Below the pieces are notes generated by a model. It did no database searches and had not been told where the DNA came from. It worked only from the letters and a program-made list of their open reading frames with translations. DNA of 49,316 nucleotides from a virus (taxonomy: Duplodnaviria; Heunggongvirae; Uroviricota; Caudoviricetes), in the IMG/VR virus record IMGVR_UViG_3300038968_000013, positions 1 to 49,316 of that record. The stretch is one strand, 5' to 3'. This document shows positions 16,447 to 24,892 of the stretch, piece after piece. Position numbers and translations under genes: made by a program. Within the stretch, counting starts at the first letter, position 1, and every line of letters begins with the position of its first letter.

Positions 16447-16529
16447 CGTACCTAGATGGCAACGGTTCACCTTCGGAGCTGCTGGTTCCAGTATAGGACT
16501 GACAACTAGACTAGCTCCGTGAGTTTTAC

Positions 16530-17027
16530 GTGGAAACAAAAAAATGCAGTAAATGCCTAACAGAGAAGACGCTAGATTCGTTTCCTAAGTCGAAACGACA
16601 CCCCCAAGGGAGGTTTTCCTGGTGTAGGGTATGTAAGGGGCAGAGGGAGAGGGCCAGATATCATGGCCAATCCGAGGAACGACGTATACGGGTGAAAGCC
16701 CTTATGCGAAAGCAATACGAAAAAACCAAGGTTCGTCGATCTGAGGAGTCGCGCCTAAAAAGGTATGGAATATCAGCCGATGACTTCAAGGGCTTGATTA
16801 AAAAGCAAGACGGAAAATGCGCCTGTTGTTTTCGCGTTCTTTGCCTCGGTCGACATACCCATGTCGACCACGATCATAAGGATGGTCGTATCCGGGGCGT
16901 CCTCTGTAGAGAATGTAATGTAGCATTAGGGTTATGTCATGATGAACTTGAGCGCGTCGTGGCATTATATCGGTACTTACTGAAGGCTCAACAAGACAAA
17001 GGAAGATTGGAAAAAAAGAATGAATAA
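16530..17027 (+). CDS. endonuclease VII-family nuclease
   Basis: KKCSKC...RYGI...CACC...VDHDH..GRIRGVLCRECN. Confidence 0.9.
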   Translation: METKKCSKCLTEKTLDSFPKSKRHPQGRFSWCRVCKGQRERARYHGQSEERRIRVKALMRKQYEKTKVRRSEESRLKRYGISADDFKGLIKKQDGKCACCFRVLCLGRHTHVDHDHKDGRIRGVLCRECNVALGLCHDELERVVALYRYLLKAQQDKGRLEKKNE

Positions 17028-17409
17028 GGTATTCCTTCTAGGCAACCTGGGCAAAGACCCAGAAGTACGTCACACCGGCAGCGGTACTGCCGTTTGCAAG
17101 TTCCCGCTCGCAACCACCAAGAAGTACACTAAGGATGGTGAGCGTCAGGAGCAGACGGAGTGGCACAACGTCGTCGTGTGGGGCAACCAGGGTGAGAACT
17201 GCGGCAAGTATCTCACCAAGGGTCGCCAGGCACTCGTCGAGGGCGAGATTCGTACTCGCAGCTACGACGACAAGGACGGCAACAAGCGTTACATCACCGA
17301 GATTCACGCGAACAACGTGACATTCATCGGTGGCGGAAACGGCGGCGGGGCATCGGGCGCCGAGGATCATGCCGAGGGCACGGCGGGGGACGAAGATATC
17401 CCCTTCTAA
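17020..17409 (+). CDS. ssb: single-stranded DNA-binding protein
   Basis: MNKVFLLGNLGKDPE, TEWH, C-terminal DEDIPF. Confidence 0.97.
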   Translation: MNKVFLLGNLGKDPEVRHTGSGTAVCKFPLATTKKYTKDGERQEQTEWHNVVVWGNQGENCGKYLTKGRQALVEGEIRTRSYDDKDGNKRYITEIHANNVTFIGGGNGGGASGAEDHAEGTAGDEDIPF

Positions 17410-17416
17410 GGGACTC

Positions 17417-17445
17417 TTGACACCCTGAGGCTTTCTTGATACCGT
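17417..17445 (+). promoter_or_regulatory. sigma70 promoter TTGACA-17-TACCGT with the operator motif in the spacer
   Basis: Perfect -35; spacer CCCTGAGGCTTTCTTGA. Confidence 0.7.
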
Positions 17446-17451
17446 CTGGTC

Positions 17452-17572
17452 CGTGGTGACGCGGACGGGATGAGGGAAGCATTGGAATAGAGGCTCCATG
17501 ATCGAGCCGCCTTGATCGGGGTTTTTGCACCTCCTACCCGAAAGGCGGTTCCTTCGTGGGGCCTTTATTTTT
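17452..17572 (+). ncRNA. candidate ~120-nt sRNA or structured leader ending in an intrinsic terminator
   Basis: Promoter upstream; gtccg/cggac, ggctc/gagcc and tcggg/cccga hairpins; GC hairpin + TTTATTTTT at 17541-17572. Confidence 0.45.
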
Positions 17573-17583
17573 GTGGGGAAAGA

Positions 17584-17784
17584 ATGGCTGATAAGCAAGT
17601 AGAGGTACGTGGTGGCGTAGGGTTCTTCGGACTACTCACGCTCATCTTCGTCGTGGCTAAGATCACGGGCTATATTGATTGGTCCTGGTTCTGGGTCTTT
17701 AGTCCGATCATCTTTTCATTCGGACTAGCAATCGTGTTCATTACGCTCGTGCTAGTTCTTGTAGCAATTGCGGAGACAAAATAG
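17584..17784 (+). CDS. small two-TM phage membrane protein (GGVGFFGLL...IDWSWFWVFSP)
   Basis: Recognisable phage membrane motif; SD GGGGAA. Confidence 0.75.
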   Translation: MADKQVEVRGGVGFFGLLTLIFVVAKITGYIDWSWFWVFSPIIFSFGLAIVFITLVLVLVAIAETK

Positions 17785-17786
17785 CA

Positions 17787-18482
17787 ATGCGAAACGCAAC
17801 AGACGTAACAATCCTACTCGATCGTTCCGGCTCCATGATGAACGTGTGGTCAGACATGATCGGGGGCATCAACGGCTTCGTTGAGGAGCAGAAGAAGGCC
17901 GATGGCGATTGCGCCGTTAGCTTCATCCTTTTCGATAGCATCAACGATCACGAAATCGTATGCGAGAGCCGCAACGTTCGTGAGTTCTCTCCCGTCGCTA
18001 TCAGCGACTACCGCCCACGCGGTGGTACGCCACTGATCGACGCGATGGCAAAGGCGATCCAGTGTACTGGCGAACGCCTGCGCAAGATTCCCGAAGAGCA
18101 TCGCCCGAACAAGGTCATCTTCATCTGTGTGACCGATGGCGGTGAGAACGAAAGCCGCACCTTCACGCGCGATACCCTCGCAAGTATGATCACGCATCAG
18201 CGCGAACAGTACTCGTGGGAGTTCATGTTCCTCGGCGCAAACTTCGACGTATTCGGGGAGACTAGCTCTTACGGTATCCCGATGATGGCTGCCTCCTCGT
18301 ATCACTACTCGTCAGCGGGCGTAAGCAACGCCTTCATGGCTGCCGCGTCGAACGTACGCAGCTACCGCAGCGGTAAGCGCATGACGGCTTCATTTACGGC
18401 GGCGCAGCAGGATACGCTGTCGAGTGCTGACGTGAAGCTCGACGAAGCGGCCCTGGCGGCGGTGGATGACTCGACCAACTAA
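17787..18482 (+). CDS. von Willebrand factor A domain protein
   Basis: MIDAS DRSGS, GGTPL.DA, TDGGEN.S. Confidence 0.88.
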   Translation: MRNATDVTILLDRSGSMMNVWSDMIGGINGFVEEQKKADGDCAVSFILFDSINDHEIVCESRNVREFSPVAISDYRPRGGTPLIDAMAKAIQCTGERLRKIPEEHRPNKVIFICVTDGGENESRTFTRDTLASMITHQREQYSWEFMFLGANFDVFGETSSYGIPMMAASSYHYSSAGVSNAFMAAASNVRSYRSGKRMTASFTAAQQDTLSSADVKLDEAALAAVDDSTN

Positions 18483-18502
18483 CTCACACTGAGGGTTGAC
18501 TG

Positions 18503-18820
18503 ATGGAAGACTTCGATGCTATTAAGGCGGTCAAGCACGAGTACCTGACCCGGATTCAGCAGGATGGACGCGCTGAAATTCTCAGGCTGGCACTTCGGGC
18601 GATGAAGCAAGATGGCGTCGAAGTCCTCCAGTGGGAACAGTTTACCCGCGACGATGGCTCTTTCGCGATCGGGATCACGAAGGGCGACCATATCGCCCCG
18701 AACGTTCTGGTATTCGGGAGAATGTTAGATGAACTAGCTGACCTGATGGAGATCGTGTTCGGAGAAGCTAAACGCATTACCATCGATCGCGATGGTACCC
18801 TAACAGTGGAGGAAATGTGA
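18503..18820 (+). CDS. hypothetical protein
   Basis: SD GAGGG; operon context. Confidence 0.65.
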   Translation: MEDFDAIKAVKHEYLTRIQQDGRAEILRLALRAMKQDGVEVLQWEQFTRDDGSFAIGITKGDHIAPNVLVFGRMLDELADLMEIVFGEAKRITIDRDGTLTVEEM

Positions 18821-20009
18821 TGATCAAGAAGTATCTCTACGCCGTGATGTTCGCGCTTGTGATGATCGGCGAGGCACATGCGGGGCAGTGAATCGACAAA
18901 GCAGCGCAAGCATATCGAGGCGGCGAGACCGTCTACGTGGGTACGACCGAGGGTGCAGCAGCATCGGTGGATGCCAGCAAGATTCGTGACGCAATCGGGA
19001 AGTCTACCGTTCCCGTGTTCTTCGCAGTGCTTCCGGCGTCGGCCGAAATGGAGACGACCGCAGACGAAATGCCGCTTGCGATCGGACGTCAGCTCGCGGT
19101 GCCCGTTGCTGTCGGAGTACTGGTCGGGAGTAAGTTTCGAGCGAATGCCGTGGGGGACGTCGGGGGGCTTTCTGGTTCTGCCATCGCCTCCAGTGCTACG
19201 CGAGCCTTCCAGGACTACCGCAGTCAAGGGCCTACTGGCGTCGTGGTAGGCTGGGCAGGTTTGCTTCCGCAGCTTCCTCCAACGTACGTGGCTACGCGCG
19301 AAGCCGTGAAGGCTGGTACAGACGGTACCGCATTTCCGTGGTGGATGCTCGCGCTGATCGTTACGGTCGGTGGGGCAGTCTGGTACTGGTTCTACTCTCA
19401 GGATAAGGCCGACGAGAAGAAGTACCAAGCTGACATGAAGCAGTATCGGCAACCGATACGGAAGGCGTATAAGGGCCGCGAATACGACTACACCCGCCAG
19501 CAGTCGGCAATTGTACGCACTACTACAACGGCGGCTACCACGAGGGCACATTCTATCCTGCCGGGTACTACAGCGACAACTTCTGGCGCGATTGGGTGAT
19601 CATGGACACGATCCTCAATCGACCCGGCCGTACATCGGATGCAACCGTCGACAAAGACACCTACACGGGTCGTGCTTCCCATGCTCCGGAGCCTGCGCCA
19701 GTTGCGGCTGCTCCGGTAGGGGAAGCGCCTCGGTCTGGCGGTGGGGACTTCTCTACTGCCCGTGCTTCGGACGATTTCGGTGGTGGAAGCATCACGCCTC
19801 CTCCACCCGATCGGCATCAGGACTTCGCTCCAACTCGTTCGGAGACGCCATCGTACAGCAGCCGTCGCGACGACGACACCCCAAGCTTCAGCTCGGGCGG
19901 CGGCGACTTCGGATCGTCTTCGGGTGGCGGCGATTGGGGCGGTGGCTCCAGCGGTGGCGGCGACTTCGGCGGTGGTGACTCAGGCAGCAGTGGAGGGGGA
20001 GACTTCTAA
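18820..20009 (+). CDS. secreted/membrane protein (signal peptide, TPM-like extracytoplasmic domain, TM, Gly/Ser-rich tail), interrupted by TGA 18889-18891 and a -1 frameshift at 19493-19495
   Basis: AHA signal-peptidase site; joining the frames gives ...EYDYT-PPAVGNCTHYYNGGY...WRDWVIMDTIL...SSGGGDF (396 aa). Confidence 0.6.
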
Positions 20010-21016
20010 TGGCAACCAACAAACTCGGTCTACAGCACTATATCAACCACGTTTCGCTCGTGGTCGATCGTTCCGGCTCGATGGGTGGACAGCCCGTCGT
20101 GAAGGTGTTCGACAAAGAGCTGAATCACCTGAAGCAGCGTTCGATCGAGCTGAATCAGGAAACCCGAATCTCGATCTATCTGTTCGACGATCGAATCGAG
20201 TGTCTGACGTTCGACATGGACGTCATGCGCTTCAGTACGCTTCAGGGGCACTGGAACGTGCGTGGTATGACCGCGATGCTCGATGCGGTGCATACCTCGA
20301 TCAAGGATCACCAGAAGCTTCCTGAGCTGTACGGCGATCACGCGTTTCTGACCTACGTCATCACGGACGGTCAGGAGAACGCGAGTCGGATCGCGGACAG
20401 CCACACGATGAAGGCGCTGCTGGCCAGTCTCCCGGAGAACTGGACGACGGCGTGTCTCGTGCCCGACATTCGCGGCAAGCACGAGGCCAAGAAGTTCGGC
20501 TTCGACGAAGACGCTATCGCGATCTGGGATACGTCTAGCCCAACAGGCTTCGAGAAGGTCGGACAGCAGTTCTCGCGTGGCATGGATCAGTTCATGACCA
20601 TGCGTGCTCAGGGCGTCCGTGGCACCAAGTCCTTCTTCGCGACGCTCGATACGAGCAAGCTGAAGGCGGGCCAGATGAAGGAAGCCCAGGGCCAATTCGA
20701 GGTCTTCAAGGTCGACTCGGACATCGCGATCAAGGAAGCGGTCGAGAGCTATACCGGGCGCAGCTACGTGCTCGGTGCAGCGTTCTACCAACCCGTCAAG
20801 AAGGTGAAGATCCAGGACCACAAGGACATCTACGTCCAGGACGTTCACAGCGGGAAGGTCTACACGGGCGCCAACATTCGTCAGCTGCTCGGGCTCCCTG
20901 CCGGAACCGCCATGGTGGAACCGGGCGATCACAAGAACTGGCGCGTGTTCGTGCAGTCCACGTCGGTCAATCGCAAGCTGTTCGCAGGCAATCACGTCCT
21001 CCTGAAGGTCGCGTAA
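20009..21016 (+). CDS. vWA domain protein with C-terminal extension
   Basis: DRSGS, GMTAMLDA, ITDGQENAS. Confidence 0.88.
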   Translation: MATNKLGLQHYINHVSLVVDRSGSMGGQPVVKVFDKELNHLKQRSIELNQETRISIYLFDDRIECLTFDMDVMRFSTLQGHWNVRGMTAMLDAVHTSIKDHQKLPELYGDHAFLTYVITDGQENASRIADSHTMKALLASLPENWTTACLVPDIRGKHEAKKFGFDEDAIAIWDTSSPTGFEKVGQQFSRGMDQFMTMRAQGVRGTKSFFATLDTSKLKAGQMKEAQGQFEVFKVDSDIAIKEAVESYTGRSYVLGAAFYQPVKKVKIQDHKDIYVQDVHSGKVYTGANIRQLLGLPAGTAMVEPGDHKNWRVFVQSTSVNRKLFAGNHVLLKVA

Positions 21017-21037
21017 GCAACCCTCCGTGCAAGGAAG

Positions 21038-21072
21038 AAGGGGCCTGGGGCGTAACAGTTCCAGGCCCCTTT
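21038..21072 (+). terminator. intrinsic terminator-like hairpin closing the vWA operon
   Basis: AAGGGGCCTGG / CCAGGCCCCTT 11-bp stem, short U tail. Confidence 0.65.
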
Positions 21073-21076
21073 GCGT

Positions 21077-21649
21077 ATGGGTAATCTCGACGACTTACTG
21101 AATCGACTAGACGGGGTACGAAGATTTGGCAGCACCTGGCGGGCAAAGTGTCCGTCGCATAGCGATAAAACGCCAAGCCTCGTCATCAGAGTCGACAATA
21201 AAGGGAACCTCTTACTCCACTGCTTTGCCGGGTGCCGAGTTCCCGACGTCATGGGTGCCCTCGGTCTTCCCATGCACGCGCTCTTTGCTTCCCGGAGGGA
21301 CCGTAAGCCGCTTCCCCCGCCGCGCGTCGATTACCGGCGCCGAACGATTCAGCTGAGACTAACGCTGTGGGTAGTCTCGGGGCTGTTAAAAGAACACTCG
21401 ACGGTCGAGCTACGGGATGCCGCTATGGACATCGCGTGTGACTATTACGATGCCGTCGAACGATACGAGAAAGAAAGGAAAGGCAGTGAGCCTCCACCGT
21501 CATGCTGGTGGCTTTGCTCCTTTGATTGCAATCGAAAGTATGGGCACGAAAAAGACTGTGGCGGCTGTAACAAAACCGCTGTGTCAGAATACGGCTTCTG
21601 TCGGGAGCATCACGCTACCTACTGTAAGCCTCTCAGGAGAAGAAATTGA
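21077..21649 (+). CDS. primase-type Zn-binding domain protein without TOPRIM, plus Cys-rich C-terminus
   Basis: CPSHSDKTPSL...LLHCFAGC...MGALGL. Confidence 0.75.
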   Translation: MGNLDDLLNRLDGVRRFGSTWRAKCPSHSDKTPSLVIRVDNKGNLLLHCFAGCRVPDVMGALGLPMHALFASRRDRKPLPPPRVDYRRRTIQLRLTLWVVSGLLKEHSTVELRDAAMDIACDYYDAVERYEKERKGSEPPPSCWWLCSFDCNRKYGHEKDCGGCNKTAVSEYGFCREHHATYCKPLRRRN

Positions 21650-22145
21650 ACTGGCTAGAACCCATGCCCAACTATGCAGTTTGGGTGGCCGCTCGCAAGT
21701 ACGAGGAAGAGCAAGTCGAGACGCTTCACTTTCTGAAGACCAACTTACCGGACAAGTTTGTGAGCTGGCATTTAGTAAGTATTGGTTCGGCTCAACGACC
21801 CAATACCAGCAGTCGCGATGGACAAGAAATAACAATCCGCGCGTAGGTGATGGGGGCTTCGACTTCCCCGGTTTCGCCATGAACGTGAAGGGCTCGTTAC
21901 GACGCGACCCGAATCGGCCCTTCGAGAAGTACCATCTGCTTATTAGGCCAGCAGAGCGGAAACAGGGCATGACGTACATTCAGGCCGTCGCGGACTTGAC
22001 TAATGATCCACTTGTGGTATTCTTAGGCTTTCTGGCTGACGAGGAAATCACGGGGCCGGTGGACGAGGGGTGGCACTTCAAGGGGGCGCACGCGATTCCC
22101 TTTAGTCAGCTCCACCGCCTGCCGCCGTACCCGTGGCACTGGTAA
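21540..22145 (+). CDS. restriction-fold (PD-(D/E)xK) nuclease-like protein; start uncertain
   Basis: GQVCELAF, DGGFDF, NVKGS. Confidence 0.5.
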   Translation: MGTKKTVAAVTKPLCQNTASVGSITLPTVSLSGEEIELARTHAQLCSLGGRSQVRGRASRDASLSEDQLTGQVCELAFSKYWFGSTTQYQQSRWTRNNNPRVGDGGFDFPGFAMNVKGSLRRDPNRPFEKYHLLIRPAERKQGMTYIQAVADLTNDPLVVFLGFLADEEITGPVDEGWHFKGAHAIPFSQLHRLPPYPWHW

Positions 22146-22156
22146 AGGCGAAGACA

Positions 22157-22264
22157 ATGGCGTGTACAATTTTGTATCTGGCGTGCTTTCTACTCGGCCC
22201 GCTGGGGTGGATTCTCGGCGTTCTGATCTATCTCGGTAGCGTTCCGACACCCTGCGCTGGCTGA
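22157..22264 (+). CDS. 35-aa hydrophobic microprotein
   Basis: MACTILYLACFLLGPLGWILGVLIYLGSVPTPCAG; TGATG coupling. Confidence 0.55.
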   Translation: MACTILYLACFLLGPLGWILGVLIYLGSVPTPCAG

Positions 22265-22626
22265 TGGCACGAATCAGGATCGAGGATAAGACCAACTCGC
22301 TGTGCGATACTTGTAAGTACGCCACGCGGGTAAAGAACATCGGGCAGAATCGGGTCGGCATCGTCTGCTCGCAGATCCGTAGGTATGACGAGGTTTCCTA
22401 CGTCTACCCTAAGGACGAGTGTGGCTTCTGGCGCGATCGGAACTTCGTGGATTTGTATGACATGAAGCAGATCGCCTGGATCGTAAACACTGACAAGAAA
22501 AACCAGATTGGCTTTGTCTCGCCGAAAGATCTCAAGGATGCTGACAAAAGCGATCGTTACCGTGGCGGCGCTAAGGAGCTAGACAACCTAGAGACGATGC
22601 TGCCACAAAAGCTGAAGGAGCTATGA
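22264..22626 (+). CDS. hypothetical protein with Cys cluster
   Basis: CDTC...C...C; coupled. Confidence 0.65.
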   Translation: MARIRIEDKTNSLCDTCKYATRVKNIGQNRVGIVCSQIRRYDEVSYVYPKDECGFWRDRNFVDLYDMKQIAWIVNTDKKNQIGFVSPKDLKDADKSDRYRGGAKELDNLETMLPQKLKEL

Positions 22627-23081
22627 GAAAAATGCGGTTTCAAATCGATGGCAAGGAAGTGTACGTTCACTTCCATCACATTCCGGACGAGCCGGAAGAC
22701 GGTTTCATTTGCACGGAAGTCGTGATCGAGTCGGATCACCCGGAGATTGCGAATCTCGGCGGTCAGATCTTCGGTCGTGCGTTCTGTCATCCGAACGATC
22801 AGTTCTGCAAGCGCACCGGTCGCAAGATCGCGCTAGAGCGGGCACTGTACGTCGAGGACGACAAGCAGGAGCGTATCATCAGCCGTGCATTCACTACGCC
22901 GTTCTGGAGCGAGTACTTCAAGGGCATCCCGAACGACAAGGTGAACACCCGTCAACGTTGGGTGCAACTTCCGAACGGCGAGTTCGTTCGTATGGCTGCC
23001 GTGGTGGAGGCGATTCGTTTCGCGAAGGAACAAAACCATCCGCTGCTTCCCATGGCGGTGGAGTCTTGCCTAGGCGACTAG
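22623..23081 (+). CDS. conserved phage hypothetical protein (GRAFCHPNDQFCKRTGRKIALERA)
   Basis: Recognisable motif; SD AAGGAG. Confidence 0.7.
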   Translation: MRKMRFQIDGKEVYVHFHHIPDEPEDGFICTEVVIESDHPEIANLGGQIFGRAFCHPNDQFCKRTGRKIALERALYVEDDKQERIISRAFTTPFWSEYFKGIPNDKVNTRQRWVQLPNGEFVRMAAVVEAIRFAKEQNHPLLPMAVESCLGD

Positions 23082-23090
23082 GCAAGCAAT

Positions 23091-23164
23091 CTGGGTATAG
23101 CTCAGCCTGGTAGAGTACGTGCCTTGGGCGCACGGAGTCGGGGGTTCAAATCCCTCTACCCAGA
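23091..23164 (+). tRNA. tRNA-Pro(UGG)
   Basis: cgtgc-ctTGGgc-gcacg. Confidence 0.92.
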
Positions 23165-23169
23165 CTAAT

Positions 23170-23242
23170 CCAGGAATAGCTCAATTGGTAGAGCATCGGT
23201 TTTACACACCGGGGGTTGCGGGTTCAATTCCTGCTTCCTGGA
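23170..23242 (+). tRNA. tRNA-Val(UAC)
   Basis: tcggt-ttTACac-accgg. Confidence 0.9.
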
Positions 23243-23247
23243 CTTGT

Positions 23248-23322
23248 GGCGGGACGGTCTAAATGGCTTTCGATGCTGGCCTCATAAGCCAGAGAGTGCT
23301 GGTTCGAATCCAGCTCCCGCTT
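23248..23322 (+). tRNA. tRNA with CAU anticodon (elongator Met or Ile2; lacks initiator hallmarks)
   Basis: ctggc-ctCATaa-gccag; G1:U72; no GGG/CCC anticodon stem. Confidence 0.8.
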
Positions 23323-23326
23323 CTGT

Positions 23327-23399
23327 GGTGCTATCGTCTAACGGTCAAGGATACTTGATTCTCAGTCAAGTGATCGGGGTTCGATTCCCCGTGGCACTA
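23327..23399 (+). tRNA. tRNA-Glu(CUC)
   Basis: cttga-ttCTCag-tcaag. Confidence 0.88.
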
Positions 23400-23403
23400 C
23401 TAT

Positions 23404-23477
23404 AGGAAGGTCGTCTAGAGGCTTAGGATACTGGTTTTTCAAACCGGATGACGCGGGTTCGAATCCCGTCCTTCCTA
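23404..23477 (+). tRNA. tRNA-Glu(UUC)
   Basis: ctggt-ttTTCaa-accgg. Confidence 0.88.
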
Positions 23478-23481
23478 CTAC

Positions 23482-23554
23482 AGTGAGATAGCATATTTGG
23501 TATATGCACCCGACTGTTAATCGGGCTATCCAGGTTCGATCCCTGGTCTCACTG
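23482..23554 (+). tRNA. tRNA-Asn(GUU)
   Basis: cccga-ctGTTaa-tcggg. Confidence 0.88.
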
Positions 23555-23558
23555 CTGT

Positions 23559-23634
23559 TGCAGGGTGAAGCGGAGCCTGGTTACGCACTCGCCTTTGAAG
23601 CGAGCTAATGTGGGTTCAAATCCCACCCCTGCTG
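23559..23634 (+). tRNA. tRNA-Gln(UUG)
   Basis: ctcgc-ctTTGaa-gcgag. Confidence 0.85.
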
Positions 23635-23653
23635 CTTTGATGGTTGTTTGTGA

Positions 23654-24085
23654 ATGAAGAAGTGTAGCTCATGTAAGAAGACAAGACGGCTTTCAAGCTT
23701 TCATAGGCGAGGAAAGAACGGCAAGCAGTCGGACTGTAAGGACTGCAAGTCGTCGTACAGCGCAAAATATCACCAGCGTCACAAAGTAAGAAGGTTAGCT
23801 AGAAAGACTCAGCGCCTCAGGGCACTGTACCAATGGTGCGACAACCTAAAAAAGAATCCGTGCTCCGACTGTAAGAAGACGTTTGATCCTATATGTATGG
23901 ATTGGGATCATTGTCGCGGGAGTAAGGTTAAGGCGATCGGAAGTATGGTCGCAGCAACATGGTCAAGAAAATCAATACTGACCGAGATGGCAAAGTGTGA
24001 CCTTGTATGCTCTAATTGTCATCGAATAAGAACGAAGATGCGCCGTAGCTCAGCTGGTAGAGCCCGAGGCTCTGAACCTCGGTGA
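23654..24085 (+). CDS. HNH endonuclease inserted in the tRNA array; 3' end overlaps tRNA-Gln(CUG)
   Basis: CSDC...MDWDH...KCDLVCSNCHRIRT. Confidence 0.85.
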   Translation: MKKCSSCKKTRRLSSFHRRGKNGKQSDCKDCKSSYSAKYHQRHKVRRLARKTQRLRALYQWCDNLKKNPCSDCKKTFDPICMDWDHCRGSKVKAIGSMVAATWSRKSILTEMAKCDLVCSNCHRIRTKMRRSSAGRARGSEPR

Positions 24086-24112
24086 GCCCCCGTTCGAGTC
24101 GGGGCGGCGCGG
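24039..24112 (+). tRNA. tRNA-Gln(CUG)
   Basis: cgagg-ctCTGaa-cctcg. Confidence 0.85.
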
Positions 24113-24116
24113 TTTT

Positions 24117-24188
24117 GCTGGTGTAGCTTAATGGTAAAGCGGCTGATTTGTAATCAGCTGACTGCGGGTTCAAGTCCTGTCACCAGCT
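24117..24188 (+). tRNA. tRNA-Thr(UGU)
   Basis: gctga-ttTGTaa-tcagc. Confidence 0.92.
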
Positions 24189-24191
24189 TTT

Positions 24192-24263
24192 CCTCTGGTC
24201 GCCCAATGGTTAGGGCACTCGATTGATAATCGAGAGATGGAGGTTCGACTCCTCCCCGGAGGA
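24192..24263 (+). tRNA. tRNA-Ile(GAU)
   Basis: ctcga-ttGATaa-tcgag. Confidence 0.9.
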
Positions 24264-24281
24264 CTATTTTATGGGGGTAAC

Positions 24282-24776
24282 ATGCTAGAACGTGAAGGCG
24301 ATATCTGGGAGCTAGCTGATTGCGGCACGCTCGTCGTTACAACCAACCCGGTCATTTCCTACTCGCGCTCGCATCAGGGCGAGGTCGTGATGGGGCGCGG
24401 CATCGCCCTCCAGTGCAAGCAGCGATTCCCCCATTTTCCAGAGGCGCTGGCAGCACGAATCCGGGCTCAAGGCAATATCCCACATGATATGGGTTCGTGG
24501 GTGACGGATTCTCGGGTGCCGTGGTTTCGGATTCTTACTCTTCCGACTAAACACCACTGGAAAGACAAGGCTGATCATTCGCTGATCAAGATGTCGCTAC
24601 TGCGAATCGCCACGTTGGTGGAAGACTTAGGGATTACTGGCCCTATCTTCACGCCTCGCCCCGGTTGTGGCAACGGGGGGCTTGACTGGCGAACCGTAAA
24701 GCCGTATTGTGCCCAGACACTAAGCGACCAGTTTGTGGTGGTCGACTACAAGCCGGTGCAAGGTGAGCTGCTGTAA
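24282..24776 (+). CDS. macrodomain (DarG/TARG1-like ADP-ribose processing)
   Basis: GDIW, VVTTN, VMGRGIA..KQRFP, LPTKHHWK, PRPGCGNGGLDW. Confidence 0.85.
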   Translation: MLEREGDIWELADCGTLVVTTNPVISYSRSHQGEVVMGRGIALQCKQRFPHFPEALAARIRAQGNIPHDMGSWVTDSRVPWFRILTLPTKHHWKDKADHSLIKMSLLRIATLVEDLGITGPIFTPRPGCGNGGLDWRTVKPYCAQTLSDQFVVVDYKPVQGELL

Positions 24777-24782
24777 AACTAT

Positions 24783-24869
24783 CGGTCGGTAACAAAATTG
24801 GGTGAATGTACCAGGCTGTAACCCTGGTGTCCTTCGGGACCGTTGCAGGTTCAAGTCCTGCCCGACCGA
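24783..24869 (+). tRNA. tRNA-Tyr(GUA)
   Basis: ccagg-ctGTAac-cctgg, variable arm with UUCG loop. Confidence 0.88.
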
Positions 24870-24892
24870 CTATCTTACAAGGGGGTGTGTGG

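Noticed and set aside
16447-16529. Possible group I intron or structured RNA before the EndoVII gene
   Set aside because: Only a ggagct/agctcc stem; flanking genes are intact and no P7 core is evident
19860-20009. GGCGGC-rich repeats as a CRISPR or tandem-repeat array
   Set aside because: They encode the Gly/Ser/Asp low-complexity tail of a protein; no constant repeat-spacer period; no cas genes (13748 is a stand-alone recombination nuclease)
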